31,941 bases of DNA from the NCBI GenBank assembly GCA_964367605.1, contig CAYIYY010000001.1:1-31941 (forward strand). Direction: 5' to 3'. The translations under genes and the position numbers were made by a program. The notes under the pieces are model-generated. The model did not search any database. It had not been told where the DNA came from and worked only from the letters and a program-made list of their open reading frames with translations. This document shows positions 9,427 through 18,047 of the stretch, in pieces (position 1 is the first letter of the stretch; every line of letters begins with the position of its first letter). The DNA comes from an uncultured Candidatus Izemoplasmatales bacterium (lineage in GTDB: Bacteria > Bacillota_I > Bacilli_A > Izemoplasmatales > Hujiaoplasmataceae).

Positions 9427-10098
9427 TTATCCTTCATGACTCAGGTCAAAATCAATGGGTTTCAAATGATTTTTAATGAGATATTGGTTAATTTTAGAAA
9501 AAGGTTTTGATCCAAAGAATCCACGGTAAGACGAAAGTGGTGATGGGTGTACATTTTCAATGACCAAATGATTTGGATTCGTCAATAAAATTTTCTTACT
9601 TCTTGCATGCGATCCCCAGAGTACAAATACTAAAGGCTCATTTTTTTGATCAAGTAGCCGAATGACTTCATCAGTAAAGGTCAACCATCCGAAATCTTTA
9701 TGGGATAACGGTTGATTTTTTCTGACTGTCATGATGGTATTAAGCAGTAAAACTCCTTCTTTGGCCCACTTTGTTAAATCCCCATGTTTTGGGATTTCAT
9801 GTCCCAAATCATTTTTGAGTTCTGTCAAAATATTGATTAACGAAGGAGGAATCGTTACTGCTTTAGGAACTGAAAAACACAACCCCATCGCTTCACTTTC
9901 ATTATGATAAGGATCTTGACCAACGATGACAACTTTGACTTGATGAAAAGGGGTTAATCGAAACGCATTAAAGACGTCCCCAATCGCGGGATAACAAGTA
10001 TAATGCTTATATTCATCTTTAATTCGTGACGTTAAATCTTTAAAATAAGGTTTAGAAAATTCATTTGAAAGAATTTCATCCCAGTCATTATTAATCAT
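9427..10098 (-). CDS. ung: Uracil-DNA glycosylase (family 1)
   Basis: GQDPYH, GLCFSV, GVLLLN and HPSPLS motifs. Confidence 0.97.
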   Translation of the reverse strand: MINNDWDEILSNEFSKPYFKDLTSRIKDEYKHYTCYPAIGDVFNAFRLTPFHQVKVVIVGQDPYHNESEAMGLCFSVPKAVTIPPSLINILTELKNDLGHEIPKHGDLTKWAKEGVLLLNTIMTVRKNQPLSHKDFGWLTFTDEVIRLLDQKNEPLVFVLWGSHARSKKILLTNPNHLVIENVHPSPLSSYRGFFGSKPFSKINQYLIKNHLKPIDFDLSHEG

Positions 10099-10284
10099 TT
10101 ACTTGACCACTTTTTTTGATTCAACTCGGCTAACGCATCCTGCGGATGAACAGCTTGAACAACCTGAATAATCATCAGGAAACTCACACCCTTCAGGGAC
10201 AGGGGTTTTACCATTTAATGTATAAAATAAAATATAAATTCCAATGATAAGGACTAAGAATCCTCCACCGATAATATAAGGCAT
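10099..10284 (-). CDS. Small single-TM Cys-rich protein
   Basis: 61 aa with an N-terminal hydrophobic helix, then C-x8-C-x2-C-x4-C. SD-like AAGGTGGTG upstream. Its TAA directly abuts the ung ATG. Confidence 0.75.
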   Translation of the reverse strand: MPYIIGGGFLVLIIGIYILFYTLNGKTPVPEGCEFPDDYSGCSSCSSAGCVSRVESKKVVK

Positions 10285-10299
10285 TTTGACACCACCTTG

Positions 10300-12006
10300 T
10301 TACTTAATTTGGTCGACTAAGGCAAGAATCGCTTCACCGATTGAATCAAGCTCAATTCTTGCTTTTTCAACCGTTTCGCCTGTAACGCCAATGTAAATCT
10401 TGAGTTTTGGTTCCGTTCCCGAGGGACGAAGCACAAACCAAGATCCGTTTTCTAAGATATATTTGACCGCATTTGTTTTATCGAATGATAATACGGTTTT
10501 ACATCCCATCTCAATACGGTATGAATAAAGATAATCTTCGAACACCATGACCTTTTGATGATTGAGCATCGTTAAAGGATTCACACGGAATCTTTCGACA
10601 ATTGCTTGAATTCTTTTCGCACCTTCAATGCCGAATAAATCAATGTTATGTAATGCCTCTTGGTGAACACCATAAGTTTCATAAATATCATTGAGTTTAT
10701 CGAGTAAGGTTTTGTTTTCATGCACTTGATAATAAGCCGCAGCTTCTGAGGCAAGGAGTAATGCTTGAAGCGAGTCTTTATCTCTGACGAAACCTTTAAT
10801 AACATACCCATAAGATTCTTCATATCCGAAAATAAATTCTTGATTGGTATTTTCTAAATATCGAATTTGTTCACCGATATACTTAAATCCCGTGAGCGTT
10901 TGAATCACGTCAAAGCCATAAGTTCTTGCGATTTTAGCCCCTAAATCAGATGTAACAATCGTATTAAAAACCACACCGTTTTCAGGTAATGTACCTTGTT
11001 TTTTTCTTTCAGATAAAATGTAATTAATGAGGATCGCTCCGGTTTGATTACCCGTTAATAAAACATAATCATTCCCTTGTTTTACCGCAACACCAAGACG
11101 GTCTGCGTCAGGGTCTGTTGCGATTAATAGGTCTGCGTCAACTTTTTTCCCGAGTGCAATCGCCATTTCAAAGGCAGATGCATTTTCTGGATTTGGTGAT
11201 TTGACGGTACTGAAAGATGAATCATGAACCATTTGTTCAGGTACAGGATAGACGTTATACCCCGTTGATTCTAACAAGCGAAGTCCTAATTCAGCGCTGG
11301 TGCCATGTAGCGGTGTAAAAACAATTTTAATCGCTTTTTTAACTTGCGGATTGATTTGAATTGATTTCACTTGATTGAGATAGAGTTCATCTATTTCTTG
11401 ACCGATATAGGTTAACAAATGCTTTTCTAATAAGACTTCCTTGGAGACGGTTTTGATTTGGAATAAATCTGTCACTTCATTGACCATTGATACGATGACA
11501 TCGGCGTATTGTGGGGTAAATTGACATCCAAATTCGTCATATATTTTGTAACCATTGTAATTGGGTGGATTATGACTAGCAGTAATAACGATGCCCGCTG
11601 CTGCTTTTAAATATCTCGTCGCAAAAGAGAGTTCAGGTGTTGGTCTTAAATCTTCAAATAAGAACGATTTAATGCCATACGCTCCTAAAACTTTCGCCGA
11701 TTCTAAAGCAAATTCTTTAGACATACGGCGATTATCATGCGCAATTACAACACCTTGTAATTTCGCAATATCTCCTTTTGTCTTAAGCAAATAACGTGCA
11801 AGCCCATCGTTGGCTTTCCGAATCGTATATATATTTAGACGATTACTCCCCGCTCCTAAAATGCCCCGGATACCGCCGGTGCCAAAAGAAAGCGGACCAT
11901 AAAATATTTCTTCAAGTTCAGCTTCGGTTTTATTGAATAAATCTTTTCTTAATTCTTCATCTAATGTTGGTTCATTCATCCAACGTAAATATTGATCTCT
12001 CCACAT
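10300..12006 (-). CDS. pgm: Phosphoglucomutase / phospho-sugar mutase
   Basis: FGTGGIRG, TASHNP, DPDADR, GYEESYG and RPSGTEPK motifs. Start set at ATG 12006 (SD GAGGAG), whereas the ORF track starts at 12027. Confidence 0.93.
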   Translation of the reverse strand: MWRDQYLRWMNEPTLDEELRKDLFNKTEAELEEIFYGPLSFGTGGIRGILGAGSNRLNIYTIRKANDGLARYLLKTKGDIAKLQGVVIAHDNRRMSKEFALESAKVLGAYGIKSFLFEDLRPTPELSFATRYLKAAAGIVITASHNPPNYNGYKIYDEFGCQFTPQYADVIVSMVNEVTDLFQIKTVSKEVLLEKHLLTYIGQEIDELYLNQVKSIQINPQVKKAIKIVFTPLHGTSAELGLRLLESTGYNVYPVPEQMVHDSSFSTVKSPNPENASAFEMAIALGKKVDADLLIATDPDADRLGVAVKQGNDYVLLTGNQTGAILINYILSERKKQGTLPENGVVFNTIVTSDLGAKIARTYGFDVIQTLTGFKYIGEQIRYLENTNQEFIFGYEESYGYVIKGFVRDKDSLQALLLASEAAAYYQVHENKTLLDKLNDIYETYGVHQEALHNIDLFGIEGAKRIQAIVERFRVNPLTMLNHQKVMVFEDYLYSYRIEMGCKTVLSFDKTNAVKYILENGSWFVLRPSGTEPKLKIYIGVTGETVEKARIELDSIGEAILALVDQIK

Positions 12007-12025
12007 AGTTTCACTCCTCAAAAGC

Positions 12026-12054
12026 ATTATACTAAATTTAAACTTATATCACAA
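12026..12054 (-). promoter_or_regulatory. Sigma-A type promoter for the pgm operon
   Basis: TTGTGA (12054-12049), a 17-nt spacer, then TATAAT (12031-12026). Confidence 0.55.
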
Positions 12055-12084
12055 ATGATATAGTCGATTAACAATCAATGGCAG

Positions 12085-12113
12085 AAAAAATACTTTTGAC
12101 AGGTCAAAAGTAT
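12085..12113 (-). terminator. Intrinsic terminator of the nitroreductase operon
   Basis: 11-bp inverted repeat ATACTTTTGAC/GTCAAAAGTAT followed by a T tract on the minus strand. Confidence 0.75.
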
Positions 12114-12121
12114 GTTTAACT

Positions 12122-12664
12122 TTATTTAATGTAATCAACAATACCTTCTTTTCTCGGCTTTGGTTCAGGGTTATCCCCTTTACGGTATCCAAAACAAATT
12201 GCGATGTCATGTTCATAGCCCTCAGGTATTTTGACAAGACGATTGATATCAACAGGATCTGCTTGATGATACATAAATCTTGTTTGTCCAACGATACAGG
12301 AATCAAGTCCTAAGGATTTGGCAGCGATTGCCATATTTTCAACGGCACAACCGCAATTCATTTCGCTGAATCCTTCAATCATTGAACTGAGGATAATGAC
12401 AGCTGTCGCATGATAAAAAATATGGTAATCAGGATCATGTTTAATGCCTAAACGGTCCATACCAGCAATGGTGAGACGGTTAATCTCTTCAATAACAACG
12501 GGATTGGTAATCACTGAGAAGTGCCAATTTTGTTTGTTTCTCGAATTAGGGGCATACATGCCACATTCGATAATCAATTTCAGCGCTTCATCATCAACCA
12601 ACTGAGTCGTGAATTCACGAACGCTGCGACGGTCAAGCAGTAGGTCAATCATTTGATTCTTCAT
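12122..12664 (-). CDS. Nitroreductase family flavoprotein
   Basis: RRSVREF (FMN phosphate binding), APNSRNKQNWHF, 'AAKSLGLDSC' and a C-terminal FGY motif. Confidence 0.88.
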   Translation of the reverse strand: MKNQMIDLLLDRRSVREFTTQLVDDEALKLIIECGMYAPNSRNKQNWHFSVITNPVVIEEINRLTIAGMDRLGIKHDPDYHIFYHATAVIILSSMIEGFSEMNCGCAVENMAIAAKSLGLDSCIVGQTRFMYHQADPVDINRLVKIPEGYEHDIAICFGYRKGDNPEPKPRKEGIVDYIK

Positions 12665-12687
12665 GGTAAAACGCTCCTTTACATTTT

Positions 12688-13581
12688 TTATTCTTCTAGT
12701 CTAGCTTTTGACAATTCTGGATGACTAGCAGTCGATACTTCCATGGTTAAACTCGCTGCCTTTTTCCCATAATTAACAGATTCATGCATGTTTTTCTTTA
12801 TAATCAAGCCATAAAGAGTCCCACTGAGAAGTGCATCTCCACAGCCAATGGAAGATACGTTCTTTTTAGCTTCATAGATAAAGGTTTGATAGACGCTTTT
12901 ATCGATATTGTATGTGATCGGATTGGTTCCGTTTGTAACCACAACTTGTTTCAAACCTAATTTCAATAATTCTTTGACAGACAATATGATATCATCAACT
13001 GGTTTTTCAAGCAATGCTGATAACTCTTTTTGATTCACTTTTAGTAATGAGATACTCTCTAGTACTGATTTAATTTTCACAACTTTTAATTGAGATACAC
13101 CATCGACTATGATAGTTTTATGACTGAACCGATGAATCAAGTACGTTAATACTTCCTCGGGAAGATTCGTATCAAAAACGAGATAATCAAAATTCTCAAT
13201 CGCTGCTTCTTTGGATTTAAACATATCAACTGTGACATGGTCCAACAACTCAAAATCATTGATACCTAGTTCGAGTTCTCCTTTAGGACGATGAATCGAC
13301 ATAAATTTACCTGAAGGATAATTCAACTGAATCGATAAAGAATAATCAATATGAAGAGCTTTAAGATTTGATTGAACGTAATCAACGAAGGAATCATTTC
13401 CGAAGAACGTTAAAAAATGAATATCTAAATCTAAACGTTTCAAATTTTCTGCGATGTTTTTTGCTACTCCACCAACAGACAATTGAATTGTTCCGGGATT
13501 GGAATCAAAAGGGATTATAGTCGTGTTGGAGACGCCTATGATATCAACGTTCGCCGCTCCAATTAAAAGAATTTTGCTCAT
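12688..13581 (-). CDS. PfkB/ribokinase-family kinase, pseudouridine kinase-like
   Basis: IGAANVDI, GGVAKNIAENL, VNQKEL and GCGDA anion-hole motifs. Start set at ATG 13581, right after the GDPD stop. The ORF track starts at 13617. Confidence 0.8.
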   Translation of the reverse strand: MSKILLIGAANVDIIGVSNTTIIPFDSNPGTIQLSVGGVAKNIAENLKRLDLDIHFLTFFGNDSFVDYVQSNLKALHIDYSLSIQLNYPSGKFMSIHRPKGELELGINDFELLDHVTVDMFKSKEAAIENFDYLVFDTNLPEEVLTYLIHRFSHKTIIVDGVSQLKVVKIKSVLESISLLKVNQKELSALLEKPVDDIILSVKELLKLGLKQVVVTNGTNPITYNIDKSVYQTFIYEAKKNVSSIGCGDALLSGTLYGLIIKKNMHESVNYGKKAASLTMEVSTASHPELSKARLEE

Positions 13582-13582
13582 G

Positions 13583-14302
13583 TTATTCCAAGATGTTGGA
13601 TGTGATGTAATCAACACCCATTTTAATTAATTTTTCAGCAGTATCTTTATCATCAACGGTCCAAACGGCGACTTTTAAACCGATGAGATGTAGTCTTTTA
13701 ATCATATTCTCATCTATTTTGTCATGATGAATATCTAAATTGATATGATGTTTTTCACAAAAATCGAAATGTTTATCAGTCATAACATCCGTTAACAAAT
13801 AAAGAGTAAACTCTGGATGCGTCTTTTTAATATATGATAAATATTTATCATTAAATGAAATAATACTGATATTCTCAGCCATTTGTAATTTATTGATTTC
13901 TTCGATGACAGTTTCCACATTTTCATTCGATAAATTTTGTTTTAATTCAACGAATCCATGTTTTCGGTAAGTTTTACATATTTGCAAAAATTCTGACAAT
14001 AAAGGAATCGTAATATTTTCTGATAAATTGCCAGTTTTGCGGTCTATCAATGTAAATTTACGAATTTCATCGTATTTAAACGATGGTAAATAGACATTTA
14101 ACATTCCTAGTCGTAATAAGGTATCATCATGGGAGACAATAATTTTACCATCTTTTGAAGCATGAACATCACATTCCATACCGAAATAACTGCGATTCGC
14201 TGCAGCTAAAAAGGCATTAATCGTATTTTCAGTCTCAATACCGCTTAAACCACGATGAGCGACCATACCTTTAAAATATTTATCAATCTTAACAGTATTC
14301 AT
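13583..14302 (-). CDS. Glycerophosphodiester phosphodiesterase family protein
   Basis: HRG..G.ETENTINAF, ECDV, HD..L.R, VELK, WTVD and GVDYITSN motifs. Confidence 0.9.
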   Translation of the reverse strand: MNTVKIDKYFKGMVAHRGLSGIETENTINAFLAAANRSYFGMECDVHASKDGKIIVSHDDTLLRLGMLNVYLPSFKYDEIRKFTLIDRKTGNLSENITIPLLSEFLQICKTYRKHGFVELKQNLSNENVETVIEEINKLQMAENISIISFNDKYLSYIKKTHPEFTLYLLTDVMTDKHFDFCEKHHINLDIHHDKIDENMIKRLHLIGLKVAVWTVDDKDTAEKLIKMGVDYITSNILE

Positions 14303-14447
14303 TCAATCACACTCACTTAGCACAAATATTTCGTTTCTATTTTACCATTAATGCGCTGTTTTTAAAACATAAAATACATTTTTTAGAGAAAATAGCTTCG
14401 GTTATAACAATTCGTTGTATAATGAATGCTAGAGGATTGATAAAACT

Positions 14448-15200
14448 ATGAATATTGAAGCTTTGATACGTTATTTTGCAACTATTAGAACCGGAGAAAT
14501 AAAAGTTAAAAACTGGATTCCGACGCTCGTTTTGTTAATTATGCTCCCATCTTTTTTTATTGTTTTTTTCGTATTTCTTGGACTCTTTATTGCCCAAGAA
14601 CCTATCACATACAACGGCGTGCCTTTGATGCCAACGGATCCTAATTATACAGCCACATTCACCTTAATGTTGACGATTATGGGCATTGTATTTGGAATTA
14701 TGCTTGTTGGACTCATTATTTCATTACTAGTTAAATCGAAACCATGGGTCATGTGGACGGTTGATTATGACAATAACATGATATGTTATGAAATAACTCC
14801 TCGATATGAACGTCTTATCGGACCTGATTATTTAATTATTCTAAACAAACTTAACAAGAGTATTTATAAGACAAAGTCATCCATTGAAGCAAAAGAACAA
14901 CTCAATAAGACCTTGTTTTGGACGATGCTAGATAAATCAGATAAAATAAAAATCAAGTCAAAGCCCAATCGAATAACCTTAACGATTGTCGACGATACTT
15001 CGAGAGAAAAGAGAGTCTATTCCATCGGGTTTGCCCAGGATAATGTCATTCAATGGTATACAGAAACAGTTTCTTCAAGTTATGTCGGTAGCAACAATCT
15101 AAAAAGCATGAAAAAGTGTCATATAGAAAATCAAAACCGGGCTATTACTTTACCCATCAATCCTATGATCCGACAAGCAATGACAGAAATGAATTTATAA
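14448..15200 (+). CDS. Hypothetical protein with 2 N-terminal TM helices and a soluble C-terminal domain
   Basis: 250-aa ORF with SD AGAGGA, TATAAT at 14418-14423 upstream and a terminator downstream. No family recognised. Confidence 0.75.
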   Translation: MNIEALIRYFATIRTGEIKVKNWIPTLVLLIMLPSFFIVFFVFLGLFIAQEPITYNGVPLMPTDPNYTATFTLMLTIMGIVFGIMLVGLIISLLVKSKPWVMWTVDYDNNMICYEITPRYERLIGPDYLIILNKLNKSIYKTKSSIEAKEQLNKTLFWTMLDKSDKIKIKSKPNRITLTIVDDTSREKRVYSIGFAQDNVIQWYTETVSSSYVGSNNLKSMKKCHIENQNRAITLPINPMIRQAMTEMNL

Positions 15201-15208
15201 TAAAAGAA

Positions 15209-15249
15209 TAAAATAAGGACGTTCAGTTTAGATTGAACGTCCTTTTTAT
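15209..15249. terminator. Bidirectional intrinsic terminator
   Basis: 11-bp inverted repeat AAGGACGTTCA/TGAACGTCCTT with A and T tracts on either side, between convergent genes. Confidence 0.78.
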
Positions 15250-15256
15250 ATCTATT

Positions 15257-16318
15257 TTACTCTAATGCCTCAGGTTCTTCCTCGCCGAAATTTCTCAAAG
15301 AATATAATCGTTTCCAAGTTAAATTAATAACGATTGCAACAAAACCCCATTTGATAAGATTAAATACGCCAAAAATTTCTACCACAGTCCAAAAGGGCAT
15401 TGGCCATCCATAAACAAAAGGTAAGTTGATAAACGCATTATATAAAGTCATGACCGTCGCTGTAAAAATAACCCCAATCACACTAATGATTAAAATAGGT
15501 GATATTTTTTTTGTAACTGATAATTTAGCACGATTTAAGAAAATAGCCATCGGCATGATAAATACCATTGTCGCTATAAAATTGACTCCCTCATCCAAGA
15601 AAATAATGACAGGGGCTGAACCGGGTAAGAAAACATGAATAAAATTAGTATAAAGAGAAACAACGGCAGCGGTTTTCCAATCAAACCAAAGCAATGCCAT
15701 AAAAATAATTAATCCAGATAGTTCAACTTTTAAATACGGAGCTAAAGGCATAATTGGAAAACCAAGTAACATTAAAGCACTGGCTAAACCAATTAGAATT
15801 CCTAGAAAAGCTACTTTTCTTGTAGAGAGGGTCTTTGGCGTGTTTGCGCGTTTATCACATCGCATTGCCACCGCCATAATAACCAAATAACCTAAAGCGA
15901 TGATAACATCAATAAGCAATACATTGAGGAATGGAGTCGGTTCTTCTTTTGTTAAAAGCGCATAAGTGATTCCACTCATAATTGCAATTAACGTCACTAA
16001 TGAAGTAATCATTCGGTTTGATATTTTTTTTGACGTATCATCACGTTTAGATAACTTTATGACGAGCGCCATGACTGCTAAATATCCGACTAAAATCAAG
16101 GAGTCCACCATGATGATTTGCGGCCAAGGAACAGGTGAATCTTTCGTCGAAAGACTAAATGTTATTCCTCCCACGATAAATAAAAGTGCCGCTACAGCAA
16201 TGTAAACGCCATACTTACTTCTCTTTTCTGGGTTTCGAAGTGTCGTTAATAAATATAGCAACCCAATCGCAATAACAATTGAAACAATGGTGATAATTAA
16301 AATCGCTTTGTCTGACAT
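15257..16318 (-). CDS. Riboflavin ECF transporter S component (RibU-like) with a multi-TM N-terminal extension
   Basis: The C-terminal ~180 aa resemble RibU (TRKVAFLGIL, FPIMPLAPYLKVELS, FN.IK). The gene lies directly behind an FMN riboswitch. Start set at ATG 16318 (SD GGAGG), since the track start 16345 lies inside the terminator loop. Confidence 0.82.
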   Translation of the reverse strand: MSDKAILIITIVSIVIAIGLLYLLTTLRNPEKRSKYGVYIAVAALLFIVGGITFSLSTKDSPVPWPQIIMVDSLILVGYLAVMALVIKLSKRDDTSKKISNRMITSLVTLIAIMSGITYALLTKEEPTPFLNVLLIDVIIALGYLVIMAVAMRCDKRANTPKTLSTRKVAFLGILIGLASALMLLGFPIMPLAPYLKVELSGLIIFMALLWFDWKTAAVVSLYTNFIHVFLPGSAPVIIFLDEGVNFIATMVFIMPMAIFLNRAKLSVTKKISPILIISVIGVIFTATVMTLYNAFINLPFVYGWPMPFWTVVEIFGVFNLIKWGFVAIVINLTWKRLYSLRNFGEEEPEALE

Positions 16319-16328
16319 ATTTTCCTCC

Positions 16329-16355
16329 AAATAAAATGCCCTCATTCGAGGGCAT
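16329..16355 (-). terminator. Riboswitch-controlled intrinsic terminator
   Basis: Minus strand ATGCCCTC-GAAT-GAGGGCAT-TTTATTT, between the aptamer and the SD. Confidence 0.8.
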
Positions 16356-16389
16356 AGAAAAAAGACGAAAATAACAAAGAATCATCATT

Positions 16390-16494
16390 CACTTCTCTCA
16401 TCCAGACTGTACTGTCGGTTCAGGAATTACACCTGATCATGCTTGCGCTCGCGGACTTTACCGCCGGTAGGGAATTACGCCCTGCCCCGAAGTG
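16390..16494 (-). promoter_or_regulatory. FMN riboswitch (RFN element)
   Basis: Minus strand CACTTCGGGGCAGGGCGTAATTCCCTACCGGCGGTAAAGTCCGCGAG...GATCAGGTGTAATTCCTGAACCGACAGTACAGTCTGGATGAGAGAAGTG, with P1 formed by CACTTC/GAAGTG. Confidence 0.95.
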
Positions 16495-16518
16495 GTGCTT
16501 ATTTAATTTTACATATTA

Positions 16519-16546
16519 ATTATATCATTTTTTAGCGGTTTATCAA
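16519..16546 (-). promoter_or_regulatory. Promoter for the FMN riboswitch leader
   Basis: TTGATA (16546-16541), a 16-nt spacer, then TATAAT (16524-16519) with a TG extension. Confidence 0.6.
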
Positions 16547-16555
16547 TATAAATTA

Positions 16556-17218
16556 TTAATAAAACGTTTTCCAACGGTTGATACCTACCGCACGAATCAT
16601 TGACCCATCAAATCCAATTAATTTCAGTGGTTGGCACAATAAAAAGAATTCTTCATCTAATAAATCTAAATTCATTAGATTTTCGACAATGACTATACGC
16701 TGACTTAATAACGCTTTATGCGCTTCAGCTGCGCCCGTTTTTTCAAACCGAATTGATGGCATATCAAGACCGATTAACTCAATTCCGTTTTCTACGAGAA
16801 AATCAGTCAAAGAAGCCTCAAATGCAGGAAATGACTCAAAATAATCAGGACTATTCTTTTTATTTGAATAGCCGGTATCGATGACTATCTTTGAATGTTT
16901 GCGATAAGCATTATGATAACACATGTCTAAATCATCCGTCTTAATGACATTATCAATGATTTCAACTTTCAATTTTGTTGCAAAACCAATGGTTTTATCA
17001 AGTCCAATCGATTCAATATGATCACCCGTTCCTAAGTAATGGGAGGGCGCATCAAGGTGAGTACCGACATGCATGGCAGTTGTCAGGCGTTTAAGACTAA
17101 AACCATCTTCATTCGTTTTTCTTCCACCTTCAACTTTTAGGACCGGATCATTGGGATAGATCGGCATTCCTTCAACAATTTCCCACGATAGATCGATAAA
17201 TTCTGGATTATTCTTCAT
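16556..17218 (-). CDS. Cyclase family (kynurenine formamidase-like) metal-dependent hydrolase
   Basis: HVGTHLDAPSH signature, DLS, GLDMPS, IVENL and DGSMIRAV motifs. Start set at ATG 17218 (SD GAGGA). The ORF track starts at 17272. Confidence 0.88.
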   Translation of the reverse strand: MKNNPEFIDLSWEIVEGMPIYPNDPVLKVEGGRKTNEDGFSLKRLTTAMHVGTHLDAPSHYLGTGDHIESIGLDKTIGFATKLKVEIIDNVIKTDDLDMCYHNAYRKHSKIVIDTGYSNKKNSPDYFESFPAFEASLTDFLVENGIELIGLDMPSIRFEKTGAAEAHKALLSQRIVIVENLMNLDLLDEEFFLLCQPLKLIGFDGSMIRAVGINRWKTFY

Positions 17219-17957
17219 TTTCCTCAACTTCCTTATAAAGTGCAATTTCTGATACGGAAAGTGTTGGTACAATAACGTAAGTATCTATTTTAACAAAATT
17301 GACCGAATATGAGAAGTCACCATAGACGTTATCAATTCTAGCTTCAAAAGCAACGCTCATGGATAACAATTTAGCTTTTTCAGAAAACGTGATAGAAACG
17401 CTTGCGGATTTGGCATAATCCATGACTGGTAAAATATATAACGTTTCTTCAACGACCGTTGATGATAACAAAAATGATAACTTAATATCTTTCGAAGAAG
17501 CATGATATTGAACATCTTGAACGTTATCCTCATCGATTTGTTTTTTTAAGAACATCGTGTAAAGTTTTACGAAAGCATCTTGAGTTTGAGCTTGAAAAGT
17601 CTTGGTAGATTGTGAGTTTTCATTGATATTATTGTTATAAATGATTCCATTTTGATAATTAGTTATTACCGATGAAGGTACATCATTAACAACCATATTG
17701 ACATCGATGAGTCCGACTTGATTTTCCGACCCAATGCGTTTAATTCGAATTCTTAAATCATCGCGCATAAGATGCGCTGTACTGGCATATTCACCTTGAT
17801 AGTCAAGTTCTAATGATTCAGCGTCAAGATAGTTTTGAATTGCTTCATTCATCAGATCAAAAGCATCTTCGATAGACATGTCAATCGGTTCGTTTTGACA
17901 AGCAACTAGTGTAAAAGAAAAGAGAAAGAGAAATATAATAAGCAGTATTTTTTTCAT
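17208..17957 (-). CDS. Uncharacterised lipoprotein
   Basis: MKK plus a hydrophobic stretch plus the lipobox LVA-C. SD GAGGTG, with TGATATAAT at 17984-17976 upstream. Confidence 0.8.
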   Translation of the reverse strand: MKKILLIIFLFLFSFTLVACQNEPIDMSIEDAFDLMNEAIQNYLDAESLELDYQGEYASTAHLMRDDLRIRIKRIGSENQVGLIDVNMVVNDVPSSVITNYQNGIIYNNNINENSQSTKTFQAQTQDAFVKLYTMFLKKQIDEDNVQDVQYHASSKDIKLSFLLSSTVVEETLYILPVMDYAKSASVSITFSEKAKLLSMSVAFEARIDNVYGDFSYSVNFVKIDTYVIVPTLSVSEIALYKEVEENEE

Positions 17958-18012
17958 ATGAGCACCTCTTTAATAATTATATCAAATTCACCTAAAAAAA
18001 CCAATTTTTATC

Positions 18013-18041
18013 AAAAAAAGTGCCGGATTTTATCCGACACT
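18013..18041 (-). terminator. Intrinsic terminator of glgP
   Basis: Minus strand AGTGTCGGAT-AAA-ATCCGGCACT (one G-U pair) followed by T6. Confidence 0.78.
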
Positions 18042-18047
18042 GGATGA

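Noticed and set aside
9424-9430. Possible THF riboswitch ahead of the folT-like gene
   Set aside because: There is only a 3-nt gap after ung, and I saw no THF aptamer motif.
6396-12069. Shared 10-mer ATAGTCGATT upstream of both gpmI (6396-6405) and pgm (12060-12069)
   Set aside because: It sits at different positions relative to the -10 boxes and is not palindromic. One 10-mer match among many AT-rich intergenic pairs is plausible by chance.
14357-14369. TGTTTT-T-AAAACA inverted repeat in the GDPD/orphan divergent region
   Set aside because: It is short and almost entirely A/T in an AT-rich spacer, and not positioned symmetrically between the two -10 boxes.
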